Below, in pieces: positions 40,461-53,300 of a DNA stretch of 64,000 nt. This DNA comes from Octopus vulgaris (Eukaryota): the NCBI GenBank assembly GCA_951406725.2, contig OX597838.1:10230001-10294000 (forward strand), in the 5' to 3' direction. Under the pieces are notes generated by a model. That model was not told where the DNA came from. It saw only the letters and a list, made by a program, of their open reading frames with translations, and ran no database searches. The translations under genes were made by a program, and so were the position numbers. How positions within the stretch are numbered: the stretch's first letter is position 1; each line of letters starts with the position of its first letter.

Positions 40461-42479
40461 ACAAAAATCAAACCAATTTGAAAATCAAACAGATTTTCAA
40501 TGAGACCACCTAACTTTATCCCGACTTCCACTTCTTGTTTTATGATCCAGAAAGTGAAACGATAGAAGTCAGCATACATAGATCGACATTTGTTGGAAAC
40601 AAAGCAGCGAAGCGAAAGTCTAAAATGCTTCTCTACTGATATCGACCTGCCCTATATCATCGTCTGCAGTCAACCGTTGCCCACCAAATTTATATAAGCT
40701 CCACAAGGCAAGTCTTTGTGGAATTGAGACCTCAAAAAGAGAGGAGAATCTTACCTTTGATAACCCCTGTATAGACAACACCCGATGGGGTTTTTTTTTC
40801 TCCCTCATCTGAATGTGTAGCTATTCACCAAACGCACGCGTCCCTAACAGCGTATTGCTGAATTACGAATCAATTACGAATTAATTCCAACGGTGCAAGA
40901 AAGTTAATTGTACTTCCATTCCAATGTTCATTCTGTTAAATGATGTCGTACAATTCTCACGGCTGCTTATTGTTTTAAGAAGTTAATCATATATTCTATA
41001 CATGAACAATTCTGAAATAAACTTTTCAGTTCCAAAGATAAAAACATTCTCCCAATTTTATTTCATCGCCGAGTTCAGTCGAGTTCTACCGAATATTATT
41101 TTACTTTTCTTTTTATTATACTGATCTTTGCTGACTTCTGCAGTTTTCACGTTCTGAATAATGAAACGAAATATCGCTCATACTTCGTTATGGAGGAACA
41201 ATGCAATAATAGCCATGAAAACGATTAGTAGTAAAATGTCGAAATTAAACTAGCCTGTCTGTCTATCCATCTCCATATATGCTTGCCTGTCACTCGTAAC
41301 TACTTTACGCTGTACCAAGGTAATGCTTCTTTGTCTTATTACATACAAAACAACGCGACCATTTGGTTTTCACGTTCGAATATGAGCTATTAATCTAACA
41401 GCATTTCCACCAAGTTTATATCATTGTCAATGGTTCAAGATGAACGCAGTTCTTCAATAACGGGATTTTTTTTTTTCAGGCAGGTCAATTGTTTGTGCGT
41501 TCTTTAAAATATTTGGTGAAGTTTTGGAATAAACTGTCACTAACAACGCAAAGCAAAAAATTGGGGAGTGGGTTTTTTTTAAAAAAAGCTATTTCTTTAG
41601 TATTCGTGTGATTCATTTAGGGAAAATATGACTCTAAACGTTTTTTTTTTTTTTCAAAGAAATTGCAATTTTCTTAATTTTGACCCACCACCATCAATTT
41701 ATATCTGATATTATTGGTTTCAAATTTTGGCACAAAGCCAGCAATTTTAGGGGGGGGGTAAGTCTATTACATCAACCCCAGTGTTCAACTGATATTTTAT
41801 TGACTGTGAAATCATGAAATGCAAAGTCCTTATCGGCAATATCGAAATGTTATTGCTTTCATTATTTTACTGATAACTTTGAAAAAAAATTGTTTCTCTC
41901 TTGGAAATTGCTGTTTATTTTAATAAATTATATTCCAATAAAAAAAAAAAAATTTTTTTTTCGACTTCAAGAAGTCCAGAACACGAGTCCTTAAATTCAG
42001 CAACAACATTGTTGATTGAAAAAAAGAAGTTAAACGGTAGTTATGATAATTAAAACGATAATAAAAAAACGTTAAAATTATTAGTAATATATCTAATAAA
42101 TAAATAAGCTGGAACCATAGAAAATCAATGCCGTTTTCTTATTTTGTTTAATTTCATACGAGTAGGCGGATGTGACTCAATAAATTCGGTGAGGAGATTT
42201 GACTTCTGTCGTAAAATCTAAAAGCGCCGAGAAAGAAATATTCATCCAAAAGTAATGACTTAAAGGTAATGTTACAATGGTCTCTGTTGCAGAAAGATAA
42301 GGTAAACAAGACAGACATTGATAGAAAGGGCAAAATCAGATGAGTTGTCTGAACCGACATTTGATCGAAAGCGTTCTCTATACATAACAATCCCTGTTTT
42401 AGTTTATCGAGAATTAAATTATCAAATGTGACAATTTCTTTTGAAATGGTCAAATTATAAAGCTTATATTAGTGTGGTT

Positions 42480-42632
42480 TCTGGCTAGGATTGTAAAATA
42501 CACCCAAGAACGAACGCTTCGTGTAGCCATTTTGATTAACGAACGTCTGGGGGAAAAAGAAGGGCAATAGAATTTATAGATTTAAAAAAGAATTATTTAT
42601 TTATTCAGAACTTTATTGATTGTACAGTACAG
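42480..42632 (+). promoter_or_regulatory. Candidate promoter / non-coding first exon of the zinc-finger gene
   Basis: YY1-like GCCATTTTG at 42526, donor-like cag|gtattt at 42633; CpGs appear retained here and depleted downstream. Confidence 0.3.
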
Positions 42633-43599
42633 GTATTTTTACCCACATACATTGACATAATAATATCGAAGCGAAATTTTTATTTAAAAAAAAACACCTT
42701 ATTTTCAGTGGCACACGACAGACGTCTGCTTTCTTTCAATTGAACGGTTTACTGAATAAGTAGAGTAAAAAGTTCCCACTTGAAAAAAATTGCTTCATGG
42801 AAAATAAGAACAAAAGTAAAGTGTCCGGTAAACGTATATTTTCATTGTTGTTTAATCGACCTTGAACAAACAGACATTAGACTAAAAAATATATTCAAGC
42901 TATGATCATTACCGACATTTTTTCCCCAGAAATTGCTGTTCTTTGTGGGTCAATTTTTTTGTTTAAACGATTGTGTTATTCAATGATGATTTGGATACTT
43001 TCTCTTCAAGCAGGTTCAACGACCTTATAAAAGTCCCCCCCCCTAATGGCTCGCGTAAATTTTCCTACAGTGTCTATGGCGTTATTTCACATATTTGTTG
43101 TGTGTATCTCTGTGTACACACAACGTACACTTTGTACGCATAAAAGTGGAAGAAGAAGAAACGACAACATTACAAACGGCTTTCCAGACATTTTAATATC
43201 GTCGTTCGTAAGGATTATGGTAGAAATTTATTGATACGTAAAGGGGTGGAGATAAAGCAATTATTTCAACTGGGATCACGTATGCAGGACATTGTACATA
43301 CTAGCATTGCCAAGGCTGAAAAGTAGCTTTTAATAGCTTAGAATTATTCTTGATGAAGATATATTCACTGGAATAGAATGATATTATTGGATTTCTCAAG
43401 GAATCCAGTAATAATCTGTGAGATTATAAAAAGGAGATTATTTCCCAGTCTGGTGTTCCATGCATTTTGCTAAGTGCACATACACACTCAATGTAAATAG
43501 TATATTAATAATTTTAATTGTGTAAACGAAATATAATTCAAACTTTAAATAAGGGAACAAGATTAAGTAAATGTGAGAACAGTTTTATTTTATTTTTAA

Positions 43600-43995
43600 C
43601 TTTCCTTACTCTTCTACTTGTTTCAGTCATTTGACTGCGGCCATGCTGGAGCACCGCCTTTAGTCGAGCAAATCGACCCCGGGACTTATTCTTTGTAAGC
43701 CCAGTACTTATTCTATCGGTCTCTTTTGCTGAACCGCTAATTGACGGGGACGTAAACACACCAGCATCGGTTGTCAAGCAATGCTAGGGGGACAAATACA
43801 GACACACAAACGCACACACACACATATATATATACATATATACGACAGGCTTCTTTCAGTTTCCACCTACCAAATCCACTCACAAGGCATTGGTCGGCCC
43901 GGGGCTATAGTAGAAGACACTTGCCCAAGATGCCACGCAGTGGGACTGAACCCTGAACCATGTGGTTGGTGAGCAAGCTACTTACCACACAGCCA
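43600..43995 (-). mobile_element. SINE family B
   Basis: Match to other family B copies. Confidence 0.92.
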
Positions 43996-44584
43996 TTGAA
44001 AATTATTTCTTAAAATTATTTTGAAGAATTAGAAGCTGGGGGTGTTGGCAAGTAAACCACTCATAGAAGCATAATTTTTCTAATGTGCGAAAAATGGAAT
44101 GCTCAGAGGATGATCTCACATTCAAATATTGGAGTTTCAATACATGAAGTGGTAAAGAAATTGCAATGAGCCTTGGCTTATTAAATATTATATATTAGAA
44201 TCTGTATGTGAAGGGTCAGGCTAAATCTCCTTGTAACATTTCATGAACTGGTTGTCCCATCGATCAGATTAACTAGAAGCCTCATTATCCTAATTGTCAG
44301 TGCCATTAGATCTGTACTTACCATAATCTTGGTAAGTCTGAACTTCAGGGTTCATGATTTTTTTTTTACCTGCAAGGGCTTAATAAAGAAATTACGGAGA
44401 CTCCCAACTTTTGAACACCCCACATAAAATTATCAGAGAGTAAGTAGTATTTCTCAGGATGTGCAGTAACTGTCAATGTTTGTCCCTGAGATTTATAGAC
44501 ATAGCAAAGCTTAAATGTTCTGGAAAGTTAATTCTATAATGTTTACAATTGCAATTTTATAAGTGAAATTCAAGCTTATTGTAT

Positions 44585-44909
44585 TACTCTTTTTACTCTT
44601 TTTCTTGTTTCAGTCATTTGGCCATGCTGGGGCACCGCCTTTAGTCGAGCAAGTAACGGGGACGTAAACACACCAGCCTCGGTTGTCAAGCAATGCTAGG
44701 GGGACAAACACGGACAAACACATACATATATATATATATACATATATACGACAAGCTTCTTTCAGTTTCTACCAAATCCACTCACAAGGCTTTGGTCGGC
44801 CCGAGGCTATAGCAGAAGACACTTGCCCAAGATGCCACGCAGTGGGACTGAACCCGGAACCATGTGGTCGGTTAGCAAGCTACTTACCACACAGCCACTC
44901 CTACGCCTA
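44585..44909 (-). mobile_element. SINE family B with internal deletions
   Basis: Lacks the segment between gtcgagcaa and gtaacgggg. Confidence 0.88.
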
Positions 44910-45074
44910 TGGTCAATTCTGGTCAATTCAGCGCCCCCTTCCCCCCACTTCAATCGGCGCCTGGGGCACATGCCCCTCTTGCATTTTTTGCGTAAAATAG
45001 ATGACAGTTTATTCACTGCACCCTGTATATACAAAGACACACGTGCACATATATGCATACATGCACAATCATGA

Positions 45075-45395
45075 TTGTTTGGCTAAGAAGCTTCGGCTCA
45101 GTCCCGCTGTGGAACTTGAATAAGTGTCTTCTATTATAGGCTGACCAAAGCTTTGTGAATAGATTTGGTAGATAGAAACTGAAAGAAGCCTGCTGTGTCC
45201 ACCACCACTGCTTGACAACCAGTGTTAGTGTATATATGCCCCTGTAATTTAGTGATTCAGAAAAAACCCAATAGAATTAGTACCATGCTTAAAAAAAAGA
45301 AAAATAAGTACTTGGGTCAATTCATTCAACTAAAGATCCTTCAAGGCAGTGCCCCAGCATGACCACAGTTTAATGATTGAAACAAGTAAAAAAAA
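45075..45395 (+). mobile_element. Old, CpG-decayed SINE family B
   Basis: Recognisable family B sequence with CG>TG/CA changes. Confidence 0.75.
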
Positions 45396-45500
45396 AAAAG
45401 ATACTAATTCACAATCCTAGAAATAAGTTTAAACCTTTTGATACCAACCCCACCCTAAGTACCTGTCTGTGGTCCTGTGATAACAAAATCCCTGCTTTAA

Positions 45501-45719
45501 CCCTTTAGTATTTAAACAGGCCATATCCGGCCAAAATAGCTAGTCTGCTTTATGTTCAAACTGACCAGATCCAGGCCCTCACACCTACCCTACAATGTTA
45601 TTCTACATTAAGTAATTACACCATCAACATCTTGAAGATATGAGATAATGCATGATTAATTCAAATCAATGGGAATCAATAAGCATTATGTTTGATAGAA
45701 TAATCTGTACGCTAAAGGG
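45501..45719. mobile_element. piggyBac-type MITE
   Basis: TTAA|CCCTTTAG ... CTAAAGGG|TTAA; diverged second copy at 46346-46561. Confidence 0.88.
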
Positions 45720-45873
45720 TTAAAGTGATCCAAATCATTTAGGCATAAGGCCAGCAGTTCTGAAGGAAAGGGCTTAACAGATCCCATCAACCCAAGTGCT
45801 TGACTGGGTACTTTGTTTTATCATCTGCAGAGAGATAAGCATAAAGTTAACCTTGATAGGATATGGCCTCAGA

Positions 45874-46259
45874 GTGGAGGCGCAATGGCCCAGTGGTTAG
45901 GGCAGTGGACTCGCGGTCGTAGGATCGCGGTTTCGATTCCCAGACCGGGCGTTGTGAGTGTTTATTGAGCGAAAACACCTAAAGCTCCACGAGGCTCCGG
46001 CAGGGGATGGTGGTGATCCCTGCTGTACTCTTTCACCACAACTTTCTCTCACTCTTACTTCCTGTTTCTGTTGTACCTGTATTTCAAAGGGCCGGCCTTG
46101 TCACTCTCTGTGTCACGCTGAATATCCCCGAGAACTACGTTAAGGGTACACGTGTCTGTGGAGTGCTCAGCCACTTACACGTTAATTTCACGAGCAGGCT
46201 GTTCCGTTGATCGGATCAGCCGGAACACTCGTCGTCGTAACCGACGGAGTGCTTCCCAC
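45874..46259 (+). mobile_element. tRNA(Arg-like)-derived SINE family C, full length
   Basis: Head ggaggcgcaatggcccagtggttagggc, B box ggtttcgattccc; TSD atgRcctcaga. Confidence 0.9.
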
Positions 46260-46616
46260 ATGACCTCAGAATATAAAAAGAACCATCATAGCAAATACTG
46301 CAGAGCATTTTAGTCTGACACTCTTATGATTCTACCAGTTCATCACCCTTAAACATTGAAACTGGCCATCTCCTACTAAGATATTCTACTAGTTTTATTG
46401 TTCAAGCTGGCCTGATTGAGCTTTTCATGCCTACCCTACAATGTCATCCTAAGAATAAACAGTCACATCATTGAAATCTCAGAGCTATGAGACAATGCAC
46501 AGTTGATTCAAAACAATTAAATAAGCATTGCATTTGATAGAGTATTCTGAATGCTAAAGAGTTAATAATGTCAATTATTTTATTAAATTCTTCACTTTTC
46601 AAAATTAATTGAAACA

Positions 46617-47233
46617 AAGTTCTGGGTTCAGTCCCACTGCGTGGCATCTTGGGCAAGTGTCTTCTACTATAGCCTCGGGCCGACCAATGCCTTGTGAGTG
46701 GATTTGGTAGACAGAAACTGAAAGAAGCCCGTCGTATATATATATATAGAATGATTGTCGTCATTTCTTTCTCTTTTGCCTGCGTTGTTTGCTTTTTAAG
46801 TGCTGTGGTTTTACTGGGATCTCCCTTTTAAGTAGAAAGAATAGCCAAAACTCTTTGACTGCTATTTCTAAATTCGGTGTGTGGTGAGGCAAATCGTTGC
46901 TAAACCCTTAATTACTTAAACATTCCTTGAATGGGGCTTTTACATGCCGAACTCTACTTGGTAAAATTAATGATTATTCCAAATTAATTCATTTCACCCT
47001 TTATTATTGATATACATATATATGTATGTTTGTGTGCCTGTGTTTGTCCTCCCAACATCGCTTGACAACCGATGCTGGTGTGTTTACATCCCCGTAACTT
47101 AGCGGTTCGGCAAGAGAGACTGATAGAATAAGTACTAGGCTTACAAAGAATAAGTCCTGGGTCGATTTGCTCGACTAAAGGCGGTGCTCCAGCATGGCCA
47201 CAGTCAAATGACTGAAACGAGTAACAGAGTAAA
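46617..47233 (+). mobile_element. SINE family B split by a ~260-bp insertion in its microsatellite
   Basis: Head 46617-46750, foreign segment 46750-47010, tail 47015-47233. Confidence 0.85.
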
Positions 47234-47399
47234 GTGTGCCTCATCAGAAATGTAGTTAAGTGTTGCTTCAACTCTCTTTTCTCCTCCGTAAAAGTTATCC
47301 TATGTTTGCAGTATCTTGCTTCTTTGATCAGTAAACATTTCCACAGTTTTATTTCATTATTTTGCTTTTTCTGTATATTTACAGTTGAAAATTTTTACA

Positions 47400-50300
47400 A
47401 TGGAAGATGTAAAGAGGAGCAATATTGCGGAAGACAGTGGAAATTTTTCAAATTCCCTCTTATCGGTTATCAACAAGAATGCCGTAAATGATACAGGCAA
47501 TGCAGCTAATTTACCAAAGATTCCTGTTATTGTGGTCTCTGACTCCAGTGACACAGAAGATTCAGTGCCAAAGCGCCATCTCAAATTCCGAATGAGAATA
47601 AACAACAGTAATGAGGCTCTGTTTGTAATTCTTCCAAAGAGCATTATTTGTCTGATATGTTATAAGAAATTCCTGCGTATCTCATCATTAAAAAGCCACA
47701 TCTTGTGGCATCTTCATCGTGACGATGTTCCCAGCAATAATTTATGTCATTCTTGTAAATCTAATGCTGACATATCTGACTGTCCATCATTCAAGTTGAT
47801 TAAGAAGATCATGAGAAATTTCTTATTATCAACAATAAGAAAGCGACAATCTTTGAAAAATAATTCCCGAAGCTATAGAGTTGATCCAAATTACGACAAA
47901 GTGATGATTACAGAAAACACATTTACTATAGAAAATATGACGACAGAAACATCAAGTAACAATTCCCATTTGGATAACAATAATTCACCAACTCCTTCTA
48001 ATACTGCCAATAACAATAAACCAAAAGACTTGAAAGACTACAAAGGAAACTCCATCCAAGATGATTTATTTAAAGAAAAGGCTGTAACCTCTGACCAAAA
48101 GGAACGAACAACATTTGATGAAAGTTCAGCTGTCAGCGATAAGCGTTGTGTAGAACCTGTGATAGATTCAAGCGAATTTATGCTTGTAAATGGACAATAC
48201 AAATGTTTAAGTTGTTCGAAAGATTACACTCTAAACACAATCAATAATCATATAATGTGGCATTTTCACAAAGGTGTTGACTTGTGCTCTAAGCTGCACT
48301 ACATAAGTTTCAGTTCTGGTGACACAATCTGCCCATTAGTAGTTCAGATTATAAACTATTTAGTATCTAAGGAAGGAAAACCAATACAAGTGAACTGGGG
48401 TAAGAATAATGATGGGAAAATAATTTTCAAAGTGAAGTTGATGAAAACTGCAACTGAATTGAATGCAGATACAGTTGTTGATAATCCTATTAGTCTGACA
48501 AAAAAAGACAATGTACCCAGTTTTCAGAGTGATAGTGCCACTCCACCAGTTGCTGAGTACACCATAAATGAACCATTGGTCCAGGACCATTCTGATGGCA
48601 GTGACACACAAAACTCAACTTGCAACTCTGAAGCTGGCTCTAGTCATCCAACAGATAAATATTTGATAAGCGAATGTTCAAACGACACTCCCACAGTGTG
48701 TGATAAAACAGATGAAAGTTTACCTTTAGAGAATGACAACCAGCCAGTGTGTAAAGAAATGACAGAAGTAACAACAGCAGGCACTGGTGGAAATAATTTA
48801 CATGTTCAGCCAGTTAGGAAACCAGATTCTTCTGCCGATGTCTGGAGTTTTTATAAATGTATGGTAACAGGGTGCAACTATTCCACTTTATTTCCTGACA
48901 ATTATTTGAAACATCTGAAACAACTACATGAAAATATGCACTTTTACCAATGCACCCATTGCGACTTTACAGCTGACACCTATAGTCTTCTAGCAAAACA
49001 TCTGAAAACTCATACCCACCCAACAGAATTTCTATTTCCTTGTGGTTCCAGTAATTGTAGCTATTACACAAGGGTTCTGAGCCTGTTACCCAAACATTTT
49101 ACTTCAAGTCACATCAACTGTAAAAAAGTCCTCTGCAAGCACTGTGCTACTGAATTCACAGACCTTAGCCAGTTATTGGAACACTACCATTGTAATCTCC
49201 TGAAGTCAGTTAAATGCTCTTACTGTCCTGCACGAGACACTCTCCGTCAACGTATCCTACACCATCTCTCTTTATCTCATCCAGGGAGGCCACGACAAAT
49301 TATTGTCAGCAGCCAGCTTGTATGCAGTACCAAGAAACAAGCATCTGGGCATGTAAAACTACCGACAGAGAGTATAGTCAAAGTTACGAAAGAAACCCTA
49401 ATATCAGAACAAGAACAAACTGCAGGTTTTAAGACAAGCTGCTTGAGTAATGACGGTACAGACGATGGAGATTATAGTGCATCTGAAAAATATGTAAATG
49501 GTTTGATAAATCCAAGAAATCATACAGAAGAACTTTGTAAGACTGGGGATTGGTCTAACGAACAGAGTGAAACTAATGGTTGTTCTAGTGAACTGGGTGG
49601 GACTAGTGATTATGCTAACGAACAGTGTAATGGTTTGAGTGATTTTAAGCAGGCACAAGAACAAAAAGGTGTTAAAATGAAGCAGTTGAGAAAACAAAAG
49701 AACAGAGTAAAGACAAAATTAAAAAATTCTTCTAAAGATATCTCATCAATAGAAGGGTTTAATTGGAGTGGTGAGAATAATGGCAGTTGTGAACAGACGT
49801 ACAATAATACTGCCCCAGTCTCTAATTTTATTAATTTTGATATAGCTGGAAGAGAACTTGATGCTTGCTTGAAGATTTGCTACGAATTTCTGGATCAGAG
49901 TTTAAAGTGCAAGCTATGCTTCCAAACTAGAAAGTCGACCCAGGAGATTCATCTTCACATTCTACAGTATCACTTCCATTGGTATCTCTGGCAGTGTTTC
50001 AAATGTAAAACAAATACATATTCACTTGAAGAAATGCATTGGCATTACCAGCACAAACATCAAGGCTTGATTATTTGTGTGAAATTTCTTTCCTTACCGC
50101 AGCTGGCGAAAGGTTCTGACGGCAGACTTTGCCTTCAGAAAGAACAAAAGATTGTTTCAGAGAAATCTCAGAAATCAAAGAAGTCTGAACTGTACAGACA
50201 GATACGGCAGCATTGTGCATATGAAATGGTGAATTCAAGAAATTCTAAGAAGGAGGAAGACACGGCCAATGATAAGCAGAGAAACAAAAAACTGTTTATA

Positions 50301-53300
50301 TTTCTAAGTGACTCTCAGCCTTTGGATGAAGCAGAGAAAATTCCAGATAACGATGAAAATACTAATAATCTTGCAAAAGGTGAACTTGACTATGAACAAA
50401 ATTACAAACATAAAAAATTACGCAAAAGTTCTTTAAATGATAAAAGTCACAGAGAGATAAAGAAAAGGAAGATCTCTTCACTCTTGAATGAAAGCAACAT
50501 TGCAATAGATACGTCCAACACGGATTTCAAGATGGAGAAGACTATCAAACAAGGTAATAATTATAATAGAAATGGATTACTGCTTAATGTTGAAAAACAC
50601 TTAATGGTTGCTCAAAATTCCCTTCCATTCAGGAGAGGCAAAAAGGAGAAATGCTTATTGCATCTTAGGAAAGAAACATCTTTGGTTAATTATACAACTT
50701 GGAACCAAGCCTTTCTGACTGGGAACATAAATACATCATTTGATAATAGTTGTAAAATGAGTAGTGACCCAACTGTCAATAACAAGAAGATGAAGATCAG
50801 CCCAGATACTGTTGAACAGAGCAAAGAGGCAACTGGCTCAGATGTTAAAATCACAATAGTGAAAGCTGACTCTGATGTTGAAATTAGTAAGGTGAAGACT
50901 GGCTCACCAGTCGATAACAGTAAAACAAGGACTGGCTCACCTGTCGATAACAGTAAAACAAAGACTGACTCACCTGTCGATAACAGTAAAACAAAAATTG
51001 GCTCACCTGTCAATAACAGTAGAACAAGGACTGGCTCACCTGTCGATAACAGTAAAACAAGGACTGGCTCACCTGTCGATAACAGTAAAACAAAGACTGA
51101 CTCACCTGTCGATAACAGTAAAACAAAAATTGCCACTGTCAATACAGTAGAACAAGGACTGGCTCACCTGTCGATAACAGTAAAACAAAAACAAGGACTG
51201 ACTTGGCTCACCTGTCAATAACAGTAGACTGACTCACCTGTCGATAACAGTAAAACAAGGACTGGCTCCACTGGCTCACCTGTCGAAACTGACTCTGATG
51301 TAAATTAGTAGGAACAAGGACTGGCTCACCTGTCGATAACAGTAAAACAAAGACTGGCTCACCTGTCGATAACAGTAAAACAAGGAATGACTCACCTGTC
51401 GATAACAGTAAAACAAAGACTGGCTCACCTGTCGATAACAGTAAAACAAGGACTGGCTCACCTGTCGATAACAGTAAAACAAGGACTGGCTCACCTGTCG
51501 ATAACATTAAAACAAGGACTGACTCACCTGTCGATAACAGTAAAACAAAAATTGGCTCACCTGTCGATAACAGTAGAACAAGGACTGGCTCACCTGTCGA
51601 TAACAGTAAAACAAAGACTGGCTCACCTGTCGATAACAGTAAAACAAAGACTGGCTCACCTGTCGATAACAGTAAAACAAGGACTGACTCACCTGTCGAT
51701 AACAGTAAGACAAAGACTGGCTCACCTGTCGATAACAGTAAAACAAGGACTGGCGCACCTGTCGATAACAGTAAAACAAGGACTGACTCACCTGTCGATA
51801 ACAGTAAAACAAGGACTGGCTCCAGCCCAGATACTGTTGAACAGAGCAAAGAGACAACTGGCCCAGATGTTAAAATCACAATAGTGAAAGCTGACTCTGA
51901 TGTTGAAATTAGTAAGGTGAAGACTGGCTCACCAGTCGATAACAGTAAAATAAGGACTGGCTCACCTGTTGATAACAGTAAAACAAGGACTGGCTCACCT
52001 GTCGATAACAGTAAAACAAGGTCTGGTTCACCTGTCGATAACAGTAAAACAAAGACTGGCTCACCTGTCGATAACAGTAAAACAAGGACTGACTCACCTG
52101 TCGATAACAGTAAAACAAGGTCTGGTTCACCTGTTGATAACAGTAAAACAAAGACTGGCTCACCTGTCGATAATAGTAAAACAAGGACTGACTCACCTGT
52201 CGATAACAGTAAAACAAGGTCTGGTTCACCTGTCGATAACAGTAAAACAAAGACTGGCTCACCTGTTGATAACACTAAAACATGGACTGACTCACCTGTC
52301 GATAACAGTAAAACAAAGACTAACTTACCTGTCGATAACAGTAAAACAAGGTCTGGTTCACATGTTGATAACAGTAAAACAAGGTCTGGTTCACATGTTG
52401 ATAACAGTAAAACAAGGTCTGGCTCCAGCCCAGATACTGTTGAACAGAGCAAAGAGACAACTGGCCCAGATGTTAAAATCACAATAGTGAAAGCTGACTC
52501 TGATGTTGAAATTAGTAAGGTGAAGACTGGCTCACCAGTCGATAACAGTAAAACAAGGTCTGGTTCACCTGTTGATAACAGTAAAACAAGGACTGACTCA
52601 CTTGTCGATAACAGTAAAACAAGGACTGACTCACCTGTCGATAGCAGTAAAACAAGGACTGGCTCACCTGTCGATAACAGTAAAACAAGGTCTGGTTCAC
52701 CTGTCCATAACAGTAAAACAAGAACTGATTCACTTGTCGATAACATTAAAACAAGGACTGACTCACCTGTCGATAACATTAAAACAAGGACTAACTCACC
52801 TGTCGATAACAGTAAAACAAGGACTGGCTTACCTGTCGATAACAGTAAAACAAAGACTGGCTCACCTGTCGATAACACTAAAACATGGACTGACTCACCT
52901 GTCGATAACACTAAAACAAGGACTGGCTCACCTGTCGATAACAGTAAAACAAAGACTAACTTACCTGTCGATAACAGTAAAACAAGGTCTGGTTCACATG
53001 TTGATAACAGTAAAACAAGGTCTGGTTCACATGTTGATAACAGTAAAACAAGGTCTGGCTCACCTGTCGATAACAGTAAAACAAGGACTGACTCACCTGT
53101 CGATAACAGTAAAACAAAAATTGGCTCACCTGTCGATAACAGTAAAACAAGGACTGTCTCACCTGTTGATAACAGTAAAACAAAGACTGGCTCACCCGTC
53201 GATAACAGTAAAACAAAGACTGGCTCGCCTGCTGATAGTAATAAAGTGAAGATTGGCTCAATTGCTGATAGCAACAACACAAAGACTAGCTCAACTGTTG

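Noticed and set aside
40620-40808. Minus-strand ORF with DDDIGQVDIS (C2-domain-like)
   Set aside because: Too short, stops immediately, and no supporting exons.
45874-45950. tRNA genes at SINE heads
   Set aside because: They continue into SINE bodies with TSDs and lack a proper acceptor stem and terminator.
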